Assembly: GCA_964016885.1 (NCBI GenBank)
Contig: OZ024741.1
Location: 199,764,001 to 199,828,000, forward strand
Direction of reading: 5' to 3'
DNA from: Eledone cirrhosa
Lineage: Eukaryota
Length of the DNA stretch: 64,000 nt
Both the position numbers and the translations under genes were made by a program. The notes under the pieces are model-generated. The model ran no database searches. It was not told where the DNA came from and saw only the letters and a list, made by a program, of their open reading frames with translations. Positions 1-13,267 of the stretch are shown piece by piece. The stretch's first letter is position 1. The number at the start of each line of letters is the position of its first letter.

Positions 1-146
1 GTGCTATCTTGACGCTTGAGGACAATGTCTTGTGGATTATGCTGACCCCCATGCATAAGTACAGCGATTTCATTGCATGCAGGATAATTATACCGACTCG
101 GATGCTCCCCAGATAGCATTTTCGAGGCATCAATTACCACATCAAT
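1..146 (-). mobile_element. Helitron Rep/helicase coding fragment (runs off window start)
   Basis: Manual translation IDVVIDASKMLSGEHPSRYNYPACNEIAVLMHGGQHNPQDIVLKRQDS resembles the Helitron motif GEHxRRYNxPxxNEVAxxxxG..RDIVL. Confidence 0.65.
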
Positions 147-459
147 CACCCCCTCACTCTCACTATCATATTCACTGCTCTCACACTCCCCCTCACTCCT
201 TGCCAACCAAATATAAATAAGTCTTGTTACGGGGGACTAAACTCAGAATTTGTCAATTATTATTGATGGTCGCTTGTTTAGTTTTCTTCTACGAAATGTA
301 ACGTACATATTTCATTTTCTTCTCAACTCTCCACATTCGGTTCATTCATCTATATATCTTACAATCCCCCAGAATCAAAAAATCGTATTCATAATTGGCT
401 TTCTATAATTCTGTTCTGTCTCACCGTTGTTCTAAAAATAATTCTGCTCCTCGCAAACT

Positions 460-3400
460 ACCCCATACCCCTCCCCCCCCGCCCCCACTCTCCACCTTAT
501 TATTTGGACCAATCACAAGTAAACGACCTATGCTAGCACTTCTGGTTGCTTTTTTGATATGATGGATGAACTAGGGAATTTCTGGAGAGTCAGAAGAATC
601 TGGACATCCGAAGACAATGCAAAAGATAACGACAAATTCACCTCTTGCTGCCGGACGAAAGGGCAAAGCCCCACCCTCTTTGTTGTGGTCGCGGATGGCC
701 AACATAACCCCAACCCCATCAACCTCACCCCTCCCTGCACCCCACCCACCAAACGCAATCCAAAACTTCAGAGTTGGTACCATGAATGTAGGGACCTTAA
801 AAGGCCGCTTAAACAAGGTTGTAGAAATGCTTGAACGTAAGGAGGTTGATGTCTGCTGTATCCAAGAGACCAGGTGGAGGGGCGGGTCTGCTAGATTCAT
901 TGTGGGTAAAAAACGATGCTATAAGCTTTTCTGGGTCGGAAATGACAATGGGCTGGGTGGGGTAGGAATCATGTTAGCAGAAAAATGGGTGGATAAGATA
1001 ATAGACGTAAATAGAGTAAACGACAGAATAATTAAAATAAGACTTGTTCTAAATAGAACAACTGTGACTATAATATCTGTGTACGCGCCCCAATCCGGAC
1101 TGTCTGGCGCTATAAAAGACACTTTCTATGAGACACTGATGCTCACTACCTCCCAAATAACCGACAGTGACTATATAATTATTGCTGGCGACCTAAATGG
1201 TCACGTTGGACAACATTGTGACGGCTATGATGGAATCCATGGAGGCTATGGGTTTGGTACTAGAAATGAGGAAGGCTCCAGAATCCTGGAATTCTGTGAC
1301 GCAAATAACCTAACAATCTGTAACACTAACTTCAAAATATGAGACAATCACTTGATCACCTACAGATCAGGGGAACATACCAGCCAGGTAGATTATATCC
1401 TTACCAGAAGACGTGACAGAGTGACTGTTGTAAACACTAAATCCCTCCCCCATGAAGAATGCACCTCCCAACATAGACTGATAATTAGCGACCTCATAGT
1501 CAGGACGAGACGTACTCGACAGCAGAAGAGGACTATCCTCAGGAGAAAAATATGGAAGCTAAAGGACCCCACAGCCAGAAATAAATTTCAAAGCATATTA
1601 CTTGATGCTTTCGACAGTAAGGAAGAGCATTTAGAGTCGTACAATATAGAGGAACAGTGGGAATTCCTGAAAGCAAACCTGCTGATGGCGGCAGACGAAG
1701 TCTGTGGCCGGAGCAGGCCTATAGGCAGGAGGAGAGTAACATGGTGGTGGAACAGTAAGGTGGAGGAGTCGATTAAGGCCAAAAAGCAGGCTTGGAAAGT
1801 ATGGCGGGATGGGGGAAGTAGAGAAGACTATCAAGTGGCCAGGGGAACATACCAGCCAGGTAGATTATATCCTTACCAGAAGACGTGACAGAGTGACTGT
1901 TGTAAACACTAAATCCCTCCCCCATGAAGAATGCACCTCCCAACATAGACTGATAATTAGCGACCTCATAGTCAGGACGAGACGTACTCGACAGCAGAAG
2001 AGGACTATCCTCAGGAGAAAAATATGGAAGCTAAAGGACCCCACAGCCAGAAATAAATTTCAAAGCATATTACTTGATGCTTTCGACAGTAAGGAAGAGC
2101 ATTTAGAGTCGTACAATATAGAGGAACAGTGGGAATTCCTGAAAGCAAACCTGCTGATGGCGGCAGACGAAGTCTGTGGCCGGAGCAGGCCTATAGGCAG
2201 GAGGAGAGTAACATGGTGGTGGAACAGTAAGGTGGAGGAGTCGATTAAGGCCAAAAAGCAGGCTTGGAAAGTATGGCGGGATGGGGGAAGTAGAGAAGAC
2301 TATCAAGTGGCCAGGAGGGAAGCTAGGAGACAAGTGTACTTCGCAAGAAGGGAAGCAGAGGAAAGAAAGTTCAAGCACGTTCTACAACGCGAGGACCAAA
2401 AACGTGAGGTGTTCAGGATTGCTAGGCAATGTGTCAAGGAAAACCGTGATATTGTTGGGGAGAAGTGTGTACTAAATGATGATGGCGTACTCGCCATCAC
2501 TGACGCTGATAAGAAGGTCGCTTGGAAGTGTCACTACGAGAGGCTACTAAATGAGGAGAATAAATGGGAGGATAGTCTCCCCCAGATCGATCCAATAGAG
2601 GGACCAGCAGTGTTAGTTGAAGGTAGTATAATAAGTAAGGCAATCAAAGATATGAAGACGGGTAAGGCGGCTGGGCCTTCGGAAATAGTTGCTGAGATGC
2701 TGAAAGCCTCTGGAACGGTGGGACACACCATGGTCACCCGGATAGTAAACCAAGTCATACAGAATGGGGTTGTTCCGAAGGACTGGCGTAGCAGCATCAT
2801 CATTAACTGTTACAAGGGTAAAGGAGACGCCCTAGATAGGAGTAACTATAGAGGCATTAAATTAATCGACCAGGTCATGAAGGTCACGGAAAAAGTAATA
2901 GTGCAACTAATCAGAGAGAGAATCGATCTAGATGAAATGCAGTTCGGGTTTGTACCACAGACGCTCTTTTCATTGTACGACAACTACAGGAGAAGTACCT
3001 AGCTAAAAGTAAACCCCTATACTTAGCCTTTGTCGACTTGGAGAAAGCCTCCGACAGAGTCCCCCGTTCCATTATCTGGTGGGCTCTTAGAAAACTAGGT
3101 GTTGACGAATGGCTTGTGAGAGCTATACAAGCCATGTATAAAGAAACAGTCAGCAAGGTTAGAATTAACAACGAATATAGTGAAGAGTTTAGCGTAAAAG
3201 TTGGTGTCCATCAGGGCTCTGTCCTTAGCCCCCTACTATTTATTATTGCCCTTCAGGCTATAACAGAGGAGTTCATGACCGGCTGCCCATGGGAACTCCT
3301 ATACGCAGATGATCTAACGCTCATAGCTGAATCAATGGCCGAGCTAGAGAAGAAATTCCAAACATGGAAGCACGGCCTAGAATCAAAAGGCCTTAAAATT

Positions 3401-4750
3401 AACCTGGCTAAGACTAAAGTTCTAGTTTGTAGGAAAGAAAATAAGGCGCCGGTCCCTTCCGGGAAATGGCCATGCTCAGTGTGTAGGAAAGGCGTAGGTA
3501 GAAACTCCATTTTATGTCCCAAATGCAAAGTATGGGTGCATAAAAGATGTAGTGGGATCACAGGTAAGCTAACTAAGAACACAGATTTTACATGTGGCCG
3601 GTGCTCTGGTGCAATAAGTAGCAGCAAGTGCCCACAAAATACTAGCTCTTTCAATTGCGCAGAGGGTTCTATAGAAATAGTGGACAGCTTCCGTTACCTG
3701 GGTGACAAAATCAGCAGTGGTGGAGGGTGCTCTGAAAGTACAGTAGCTAGAGTCAGAACTGGATGGAAAAAGTTCAGAGAGCTTATACCACTATTAGCCG
3801 CTAAAGGGTTCTCCCTAAAAATGAAAGGCAGGTTGTATGATGCCTGCATACGAACAGCAATGTTGCATGGCAGTGAGACCTGGGCATTGTGTGCAGAGGA
3901 TATACGCAGACTAGAGAGGAACGAAGCTTGCATGCTCCGCTGGATGTGTAATAGTAATATACGTGAACGGCAAAGCATAAACGAACTAAGGAAAAAATTC
4001 GAAATAAGAGGGATCAGATGTTGTTTACTCGAGAGAAGGCTACGTTGGTATGGTCACGTGATGCGCATGAAAGACGATAGCTGTATAACAAAGTGCAGGG
4101 CAATAAAGATAGACGGTAGCCACGGAATAAGCAGATCCAGAAAAACCTGGGACGAGCTGATAAATTCCGACCTCACACACTTACACCTCTCCAAGACAAT
4201 GTCACTGGACCGAGACCTTTGGCGGTACTCAGTAATAGAGAAGACCCGCCTTACCTAAATACAAAGTAAAACCTACTCCAGCCAGCAGGCATCTCTAACA
4301 AAATACACCCCCGTCCCACCACCCCAACCCCATCCACACCGCCCCTTTCAATGTAAAGTTATGTTGGTGCCACAACATCCAGGCTGAAACATATGAGATC
4401 GTGTAGGTGTCATGACAAAAAAAACACACAGTCCACGCTGTAATGTGGCATGTAGGTAACACGGTAAAACCTCCCAGTCCCACACTGTAAATGTGGTTGG
4501 TGTTAGGAAGGGCATCCAGCTGTAGAAAACCCGCCAGACAGTCCACGCTGTAATGTGGCCGTGCAGGCAACACGGTAAAAACTTCCCAGCCCCACACTGT
4601 AAATGTGGTTGGTGTTAGGAAGGGCATCCAACTGTAGAAAACCCGCCAGACAGTCCTATGCAAGCAAGACAACCACTCTTGCCTCAAGTGGGAAAACTCC
4701 CATCCAAACCCATGCAAGCATGGAACATGGACGTTAAACGATGATGATGA
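460..4750 (+). mobile_element. Full-length but disrupted RTE-clade LINE (subfamily A): APE endonuclease + RT + PHD finger
   Basis: ORF pieces 617-4258 carry TMNVGTL, CCIQETRW, GDLNGHVG, QGSVLSP, YADD and FRYLG. Lesions: stop at 1340, 472-bp duplication, ~13-bp deletion near 2953. 3' UTR has a ~109-bp tandem duplication and ends in (GAT)n. Confidence 0.95.
1369..2315 (+). repeat. 472-bp tandem duplication inside the RTE ORF
   Basis: 1369-1840 repeated at 1841-2312; cagg microhomology at the junctions; identical antisense peptides at 1588 and 2060. Confidence 0.95.
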
Positions 4751-4775
4751 TATATATATATATATATTATACACA

Positions 4776-5692
4776 TGCTCTGAAAGTACTGTAGCTAGAG
4801 TCAGAACTGGTTGGAAAAAGTTCAGAGAGCTTATACCACTATTAGCTGCTAAAGGGTTCTCACTAAAAATGAAAGGCAGGTTGTACGATGCCTGCATACG
4901 AACAGCAATGCTGCATGGCAGTGAGACCTGGGCATTGTGTGCAGAGGATATACGCAGACTAGAGAGGAACGAAGCTTGCATGCTCCGCTGGATGTGTAAC
5001 AGTAATATACGTGAACGGCAAAGCATAAACGAACTAAGGAAAAAATTAGAGATAAGAGGGATCAGATGTTGTTTACTCGAGAGAAGGCTACGTTGGTATG
5101 GACACGTGATGCGCATGAAAGTCGATAGCTGTATAACAAAGTGCAGGGCAATAAAGATAGACGGTAGTCACGGAGTAGGCAGACCCAGAAAAACCTGGGA
5201 CGAGCTGATAAACTCCGACATCACACACTTACACCTCTCCAAGACAATGTCACTGGACCGAGACCTTTGGCGGTACTCAGTAACAGAGAAGACCCGCCTT
5301 ACCTAAATATATAGTAAAACCTACTCCAGCCAGTAGGCATCTCTAACAAAATACACCCCGTCCCACCACCACCACCCCCACCCGATCCACACCACCCCGT
5401 TCTATGTAAAGTTATGTTGGTGCCGCGCCATCGAGGCCGAAACAAATGAGATCGTGTAGGTGTCACGACAAAAAAACACACAGTCCACGCTGTAATGTGG
5501 CCGTGTAGGCAACACGGTAAAAACCTCCCAGACCCACACTGTAAATGTGGTTGGTGTTAGGAAGGGCATCCAACTGTAGAAAACCCGCCAGACAGTCCTA
5601 TGCAAGCAAGACAACCACTCTTGCCTCAAGTGGGAAAACTCCCATCCAAACCCATGCAAGCATGGAACATGGACGTTAAACGATGATGATGA
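4776..5692 (+). mobile_element. 5'-truncated RTE copy (chimeric: subfamily B body, subfamily A 3' end)
   Basis: ORF 4869-5306 is the RT C-terminus; tail matches 4650-4775. Confidence 0.9.
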
Positions 5693-5717
5693 TATATATA
5701 TATATATATTATACACA

Positions 5718-6645
5718 TGCTCTGAAAGTACTGTAGCTAGAGTCAGAACTGGTTGGAAAAAGTTCAGAGAGCTTATACCACTATTAGCTGCTAAAGGGTT
5801 CTCACTAAAAATGAAAGGCAGGTTGTACGATGCCTGCATACGAACAGCAATGCTGCATGGCAGTGAGACCTGGGCATTGTGTGCAGAGGATATACGCAGA
5901 CTAGAGAGGAACGAAGCTTGCATGCTCCGCTGGATGTGTAACAGTAATATACGTGAACGGCAAAGCATAAACGAACTAAGGAAAAAATTAGAGATAAGAG
6001 GGATCAGATGTTGTTTACTCGAGAGAAGGCTACGTTGGTATGGACACGTGATGCGCATGAAAGTCGATAGCTGTATAACAAAGTGCAGGGCAATAAAGAT
6101 AGACGGTAGTCACGGAGTAGGCAGACCCAGAAAAACCTGGGACGAGCTGATAAACTCCGACATCACACACTTACACCTCTCCAAGACAATGTCACTGGAC
6201 CGAGACCTTTGGCGGTACTCAGTAACAGAGAAGACCCGCCTTACCTAAATATATAGTAAAACCTACTCCAGCCAGTAGGCATCTCTAACAAAATACACCC
6301 CGTCCCACCACCACCACCCCCACCCGATCCACACCACCCCGTTCTATGTAAAGTTATGTTGGTGCCGCGCCATCGAGGCCGAAACAAATGAGATCGTGTA
6401 GGTGTCACGACAAAAAAACACACAGTCCACGCTGTAATGTGGCCGTGTAGGCAACACGGTAAAAACCTCCCAGACCCACACTGTAAATGTGGTTGGTGTT
6501 AGGAAGGGCATCCAACTGTAGAAAACCTGCCAGACAGTCCTATGCGAGCAAGACAATCACTCTTGCCTCAAGTGGGACTACCCCCGTCCAAACCCATGCA
6601 AGCGTGGAACACGGACGTTAAGCGTTGATGATGATGATGATGATG
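5718..6645 (+). mobile_element. 5'-truncated RTE copy (subfamily B)
   Basis: 942-bp repeat of the previous copy; 3' end matches the intact copy at 51960; atacaca TSD at 4769-4775 and 6646-6652. Confidence 0.9.
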
Positions 6646-6863
6646 ATACACACTTAAATATAAATGCATGTATATATACAAATGTATAAATATACATACG
6701 TAAATGTATGTATGTAGATTTATATATATATATATATATATATACATATATATAAATCTACATACATACATACATTTACGTATGTATATAGCTATGCATT
6801 TATACATTTGTATATATATGTGCGGAGGAGGTTATAGTTCACTTGAAGCATTGTGTAATGAGG

Positions 6864-7226
6864 TATAAACGTTTGTATATGTATAATAAAGCCAAAACAA
6901 TGCAGGTATGGACATAGAATAAAGAATGCAAATGCAAAAGATATTGTTGACAATTAGTCTTTTACCTTAGATTTATTTAAATGTCCTTAATTTTCGAGAT
7001 AATATCTCTTCTTCAGAGCGAAGTAAAGTTGTCAACCAGTGTTCAGAACACTGGTTGACAACTTTACTTCGCTCTGAAGAAGAGATATTATCTCGAAAAT
7101 TAAGGACATTTAAATAAATCTAAGGTAAAAGACTAATTGTCAACAATATCTTTTGCATTTGCATTCTTTATTCTATGTCCATACCTGCATTGTTTTGGCT
7201 TTATTATACATATACAAACGTTTATA
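6864..7226. repeat. Perfect 363-bp palindrome, likely an inverted pLTR remnant of a Penelope-like element
   Basis: 181-bp arms around a single A at 7045; hammerhead-like core CTGAAGA-agagatattatctc-GAAA at 7074-7098; unpaired tail at ~6824-6863. Confidence 0.85.
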
Positions 7227-7818
7227 TATATATGTGCATTTATATTTAAGTGTGTAAGGATATTCACATGATTTATTTATTGGGGTTTTTTTTTTTGGGG
7301 GGGGGGGGGTACGGAAAAAATTCTGTCTCCAGATTTTATTACGTAGGGAGATTAAATACCACAGCTCTGGCTGAAAGCTGATCAGGTTCCCAACCTCATC
7401 AAACACTAACACAGGCCTGTGTGTGTATATGTGTGTGTGTGTGTGTATGTACGTATGCATCACCATTGCTTCTTTTTGTTGTCATTTCTGTTGAAGTTGT
7501 TATTGTAACTGTTGTCAAAGTTGACATTCTTATGTTCATTTTCTTTGATTTCTTTTGTTTTTCTTTCATCTCCCTAGGGAATTCGTTGACAAGCTTCTTT
7601 TATTTATTTTCTTCGTTTTCTTTATTCAAATGCATTCACACTGGCTGTCTAAAAGACGTACAAATATGACTTATAAAACTTACCAAACTAAAGGGGCTTC
7701 CAGCGCCCCCAAAGCTTCAAACACCTCCTTGCTGCAACCCCCCCCCCCCCTTTGGTTTAAACTGTGGAAGTTTTCATGTTTAGGTATAATAAATGGAAAA
7801 TAAATCTAAATAACTCAC

Positions 7819-7931
7819 GTGTAAATCACCCAAACAGTCATTGAAGAATAAAGACAAAATAAAATCCAATGTCCGGAGATTATTAAGCTGGCAGATGCAA
7901 GACAATGGGCAATTCTTTCCAGTAAAACCCA
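7819..7931 (-). CDS. CNIH4: Cornichon homolog 4-like, coding exon 3 (113 bp)
   Basis: tttag|WVLLERIAHCLASASLIISGHWILFCLYSSMTVWVIY|gtgagt; matches cornichon WV.PE...HW region and is in phase with exon 2. Confidence 0.9.
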
Positions 7932-8925
7932 CTAAAGATGAAAAACAAAGATAATTTTACAATATTATAATCATGAAATTATCTAACAACAATAAAATAT
8001 CCATATTTCAATATATGATAATCAATATGTTCTATATACAGAATTGAATTTAGACTTACTGTGGACAAATATAGTATTAAAAAACTGAAGAGAAAACATG
8101 TCATATAAACTAAATATATAAGATATGTACATAATGTCACAACTCCATCATCTAGTTGTAATCAGTGTATAAGATCATCATCCTTGCCATCATAGTTTAA
8201 TGTCCATTTTTCCATACGAGCATGGGTTAGAAGAGTTGTCCTGTTGTCAGACAAGTCAGATCAGATGATTGTGTCTTGCTAATAAAGAACTGTTTTTGAT
8301 TTGGTTTCTACTCTGAAAACCTCTCCAACTCTTGCTAGCTTGAAAGAGGGATGTTGATGATGATAAAAGTAATCAACACACAAAGTAGTGTTTATTCATT
8401 TATATGAAGCCAAGTCTCTATCTAATGTTAATCAGTTTCATGTTTCTTTTTCACAGTATCTGCAATTCTAATCCAAATATCAGACTTCAAGTCAGTTCAA
8501 GGTTCTTGTTCAATTACTATTAAGACAGGAAAATGTGGTGTAATCATGCTATGTGTAGTATCTATTGCTGTGGCAACATATAGCTTGTAGCTATTGGAAG
8601 TGGGTTGTTTGTAGTTGGCCAGAGTGACAACTAAAGATTTACACAATAGATGCTGGCGATGACACTTCTTAATTTCACTATTAATGGGTAGTGTCTTCTT
8701 CGCAACTTAACTTTCTTTAACTCTTATAAGAAAAATATTTTTAAATGGACTTGTTAATTCAAATGTTTATATTATCTTTACTACTGGGCAGATCATTGTG
8801 AAAATTTCTTTTATTACCTCTTAACATCTTGTAATTATTTAGAAGAAAATATCTAAAAATGAGTTTGTTACATCAAATGTTTATATCTTTACTAATGAAC
8901 TAATGTTTATAGTATTTTTACTAGT

Positions 8926-9792
8926 CTTTTTCTTTGCTTTTGCTTGATGGGACTGGGGTCATTATAGATTAGCGATCCTAGAAGCATCATTGTGCTTAGA
9001 GCCGACCAGGTTCACCAGTGCCCTCCATGCCAGCCCCTCTGCACCTTCCAAGGTGACCTCAAGCCTCTGGAGAACTTCCTTAATCCCACCTAGTGTTAAG
9101 CCTGATATGAGCCTCTTCCAGCCTGTAGCTGCTGCATTGAACAGAGTAAGGCCCTAGTAGCAAGATCTGACAGGTAGAGGTTGAGACGGGAGGTTGCGAC
9201 CTGTTGTGTGTGCACACACTACTCTTTGTTAGAAACATGGTGGTACCATCTGATATTCTTGATGGTACTTAGGGCTCTGCTAATGAAGCCGTCGATCCTC
9301 TTTGCCAAGGTCCTTATGAGGGGCCATGTTTCTGCTCCATAGAAGAGAATGGAAAGGACCACCATGTTGTAGATATGGAGCTTCGTCATCCAGGAGATAG
9401 AGCAGTGGTACAAAGCAGCTTCCCTAGGGAATGCATGACCCTGGGAGCCAGACCAGTGAATAGGGTAGTGATGGGTAGTGATGTCCGCATACTCCAAGTC
9501 AGTAAGGTGGTAATTCCCAAAGGTAATGCCAGAAACTCGCTCGCAGACCTTGGTCATCAGATAGTTGATAGCACAGATGAAGAAATCCATGGCAGCCACA
9601 CAGCCTGTTCTGACACTGCTGTTGAAGGGGAGCCAATCAGAGTTCTTCCCATTCACCCACACGCAACTCTTAGCTCTGCTACAGAGCCATTGGAACAGGG
9701 TGGTGATCTTGGGAAACCAATGAGCTTAAGAATGTTCGAGAGAGATGTGTGGTCAGCCGTGTCAAAAGCTGCCTTGAGGTTGATAAGGGCGT
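8926..9792 (-). mobile_element. Degraded RTE-like LINE 3' fragment
   Basis: GVRTGCV-like, DLEYAD and LFYGAETW motifs; tttactagt flanks on both sides; sits within a degenerate ~118-bp tandem repeat. Confidence 0.75.
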
Positions 9793-10239
9793 CTTTACTA
9801 GTATCTTTACATTGTGAACATTGCAGAATTATATCTTAACATCCTGTAATGATTTAGCAGAAAATATCTTAAAATCGGTTTGTTTATTCACATGCCTATA
9901 ATATCTTTACTAGTGGATATATCGTTATGAAAATTTGCCATAAACTAAACTAAAGATTTTAAATTCTAATGTAATGCAGTCATAGTAATGATTTGTAAAA
10001 AGTGCTACAATTTGACTATACGCTGCACTGCAACATATATAAAGACAGCAACAAATGAAGTATTTTTTTACCTAAGCAATTAAAAGGTAAAAGTCTTAAT
10101 GAAAAGTAAGTGTTAATCTTTTACATAACTCATTCCTATTTTTCGCTGTTAACTAAAAATACAAAAGCAGGGGGAGATAACTTTCGTCTAACATCTAAAC
10201 ATTTTAAAATGTTGACAGTTAGCTGATGGCAGGTCTTCG

Positions 10240-11320
10240 AAAAATCGTGGGAGTATTGCCAAAAGATATATTTTTGTTTTGTCGACCTTGTAAGGGCAAA
10301 TGACTGCGTTCCTTGGGACCTGCTGTGGAATGTTCTGCAGGAGTATGGGATTGATGGTCAGCTCTTTGCTGCCCTGATGTCTCTATATGAATGCCAAAGT
10401 GTTCGGATAACAGGTGCAAAATCAAAGCCATTTAATGGGGTGTTGCACTCCGCCAAAGGTGCATACTGTCACCTTTACTGTTCATTATTTACATGAATAG
10501 AATTAACATGCGCAGTCAGGTTGGAAATGGTATCATGACGAGCGGATGTAAAATCAGTTGGCTGGAATTTGCAGACAACATGGTGTTACTTAACTCGACA
10601 GACGGTAATCTCCGACTTGCACTCGATAGGTTTGAGGCCAAATGCTGCATGACTGGAATGAAAATCAGTGCTGCGAAAACTGCAAGGCTCTTCCTCTCAA
10701 GGAAACATGTGCAGTGCACTCTACATGGAGGTCCACTGAAGCAGGTAGAGAAGTTCAAGTATCTTGGGGTTATGTTCATGAATGATGGAATGCAGGAGGC
10801 TGAATTGTGCAAGAATTGCAGGAGCAGATGCAGTAGTGCGCCAGCTTCAACATTCAGTAATCAGAAGAAAGGAGGTAGGCGTAAGCCAAACACGCTATTT
10901 TCAATTTGGTATTCGTGCCAACCCTTACTTATGGTCATGAATCTTGGGTCGAAATGGGGTTCCTCCAAAGGGTCTTTTGAATTACTTGATAGTGTGCGTA
11001 GCTCGGAGGTCAAAGAGTCACTCCAGGTAGAGCTGCTACTTCTCAGAATTGAGAGGTCACAGCTCCAACACTAAGGGCATGTGGTTAGAATGTCTCAGGT
11101 AAGAATCGCTGGACAGATTTTACAGGTAAAACCAACCAGCAGGGGATCCAGAGGTAGACCCCGAACAAGATGGTTAGATAACACCCATGAGCTTGGCTGG
11201 TCAAAGTTGGGGATCCAGCCGGATCATTTGGAGACGGTTGCTTCTGACAGGACCACCTGGAATGAGCATTTGAGGAATCTGCCCCAACAACCCTCTCAGG
11301 TAGGAGGAGGAGGAGAAGAA
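10240..11320 (+). mobile_element. Degraded RTE LINE 3' fragment (third family)
   Basis: LEFADN, GMKISAAKT, FKYLG, RGRPRTRW motifs; GAA-rich tail. Confidence 0.85.
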
Positions 11321-11402
11321 TATAACACATCACCCGGTCTGAGAATTGCACTCACAATCTTGATTGCAAGCCCAATGCTCTAACCACTAAGCCATGTGCC
11401 TC
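11321..11402 (-). mobile_element. tRNA-derived SINE head
   Basis: Reverse complement of the SINE heads at 55813 and 56082. Confidence 0.75.
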
Positions 11403-11417
11403 ATATATATATATATA

Positions 11418-11577
11418 TAGTTATGTAATAAACAACATAAGATAATTATTTCATTTATCAGTAGTTTCTTGGTAAATGAAATAATTATCTTATGTTGTTT
11501 ATTACATAACTAATAAGCTCTGTAGCCTACATAGAGCACTCTTTTTTCCTGTACTTTTCTGACGGAAATACTTCACA
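11418..11577. repeat. Hairpin-plus-tail insertion in (TA)n, probable PLE remnant
   Basis: 40-bp arms at 11418-11457 and 11473-11512, ~65-bp tail, TA runs on both sides. Confidence 0.65.
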
Positions 11578-11692
11578 TATATATATATATATTTGAGTTT
11601 AAGATATGGAACTACCTAATTTATATAATGAAAAATAAAGCTCAAATATGTACAAGAAAGGACACTTTCTAAAATTGATAAACAAAACTTAC

Positions 11693-11761
11693 CTTGTTCA
11701 ATTTTTCACAACATGTCATTGCATTTAAATAATCACATTCTAAATCTGAAAGTGTGATAAC
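11693..11761 (-). CDS. CNIH4: Cornichon homolog 4-like, coding exon 2 (69 bp)
   Basis: atcag|[23 protein letters not shown]|gtaagt; CNIH4 signature LSDLECDY.N...CC.KLNK. Confidence 0.96.
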
Positions 11762-12019
11762 CTGATAGTAAAGGAGAAATAACTAATATTCTAATACTTT
11801 GATATCAGCAAAATAACAGAAAGCAATTCCATAGTAAATATTTTTGACAGATTTCAAAATTTTTTATATCATTAGTTAAACATTCAGCTTTGCCTTTCAT
11901 CATTTCGGTGTTAATAAAGTACCAGTCAAATACTGGAATGGATATAATTGACTTTCCTCACCCCCAAATTGCTAGCCATCTGCCTAAATTAGAAACCATT
12001 ATGAAAATAATCAAAATTT

Positions 12020-12345
12020 TTTTATCACCTGGAGAACAGGATTGAGCTGAGAGCTGAGCTCTGCTGAACACCTACCTGCACACAAACTCATTAGCTACTC
12101 TCACCTTACTGACAGCTCCTCTGTACATAGTATGCACTGGTCTCACGAGCCACTCTTCTATACCTTGTTTCTTTAAGGACCACAAGATGACAGATCATGG
12201 TATTCTGTCAAAAGCCTAACTAATGAAAGTTAGATATTGTGGCTTACACTTAGGAACTTGTCTCACTAAGAAAAGGGCATCTGTAGTGCACCTCCCTGGC
12301 ACAATACCAAACTGCATCTCAGGTAATTTGACTCTTTCCCTAATT
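12020..12345 (-). mobile_element. Degraded RTE RT fragment
   Basis: EMQFGIVPGRCTTDALF motif, homologous to the large RTE. Confidence 0.65.
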
Positions 12346-13089
12346 TATACCCCTGTAGTTATTTGAGTCTAAACGGCAAAGTTCCCAATAGAAAAGTTCT
12401 TTCATAATTGATGGGGCCAACTCACCTTAGACTTGCATGTTCTTGCCAAAATAAAATGCATTCAGCCCACTCTGTAAAGTGGTAGATCCCAACTCACGAT
12501 AAACTACACCCAATACATGCTGTGAAGTGTTTGGCATTAGAAAAGGCATCGTAAAAACCAACCCAAAACATAGCGTGTGTGCATGTGTTCACCTCACCTG
12601 TCTAGCCTCAGCATGCAACACCCCGTCTAATCCATGCAAAATAGAGGTTAAACGATGATGATGGGTCGAAATTAGTTGGATTTCTGGCTACTCTCTATCC
12701 TCTGCCAATGCAATACACATCTCGCTACTGGAACTAAATGTGGTTCACATTTATCCATTATTTCCATCACTCAAGTCAACTTCTTTGTAGTGAATTCTAA
12801 ATACTCTTCTATTTATAGATATTGAGCAGACTTTCTAGAAAAAATGCATAAACTAAAATTTGGAGGCTAAAACACATGTGCAATCGATCAACCTGCAAGC
12901 AATTACAGATAGGTCTTCTTCAAATTCTACCTATTAAAAATGGTAAATATAAAGAATACAACTGAATAATCGCGAATCTTGTCCAAATTGTGTCTCGTTA
13001 AGCTTCGGTGCATCTAAAACTGCCCACGCTTCCTTTTGTTTATAAACACATTGGGACTTCTATAGCCAATAGAATAAGGGCAATTTATA

Positions 13090-13267
13090 TAGAAAGATTG
13101 GCAGTATTGATAAAACATGGTTTTCGGCATTTACGTTCTGCAATCGTTCCGAGTTTAGTTTTGTCTTTCAACCTTGCGGAGTCGATAAAATAAAGTGCCA
13201 GTAACACACTAGGGTCGATTTAATCGATTTTCCCCTTCCCTTGTGCCAAAAGTAGAAACAATTATTA
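13090..13267 (+). mobile_element. SINE with Meta-like central domain
   Basis: gtcgataaaataaagtgccagt block shared with copies near 11880, 23270, 30000, 32810 and 36886. Confidence 0.6.
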
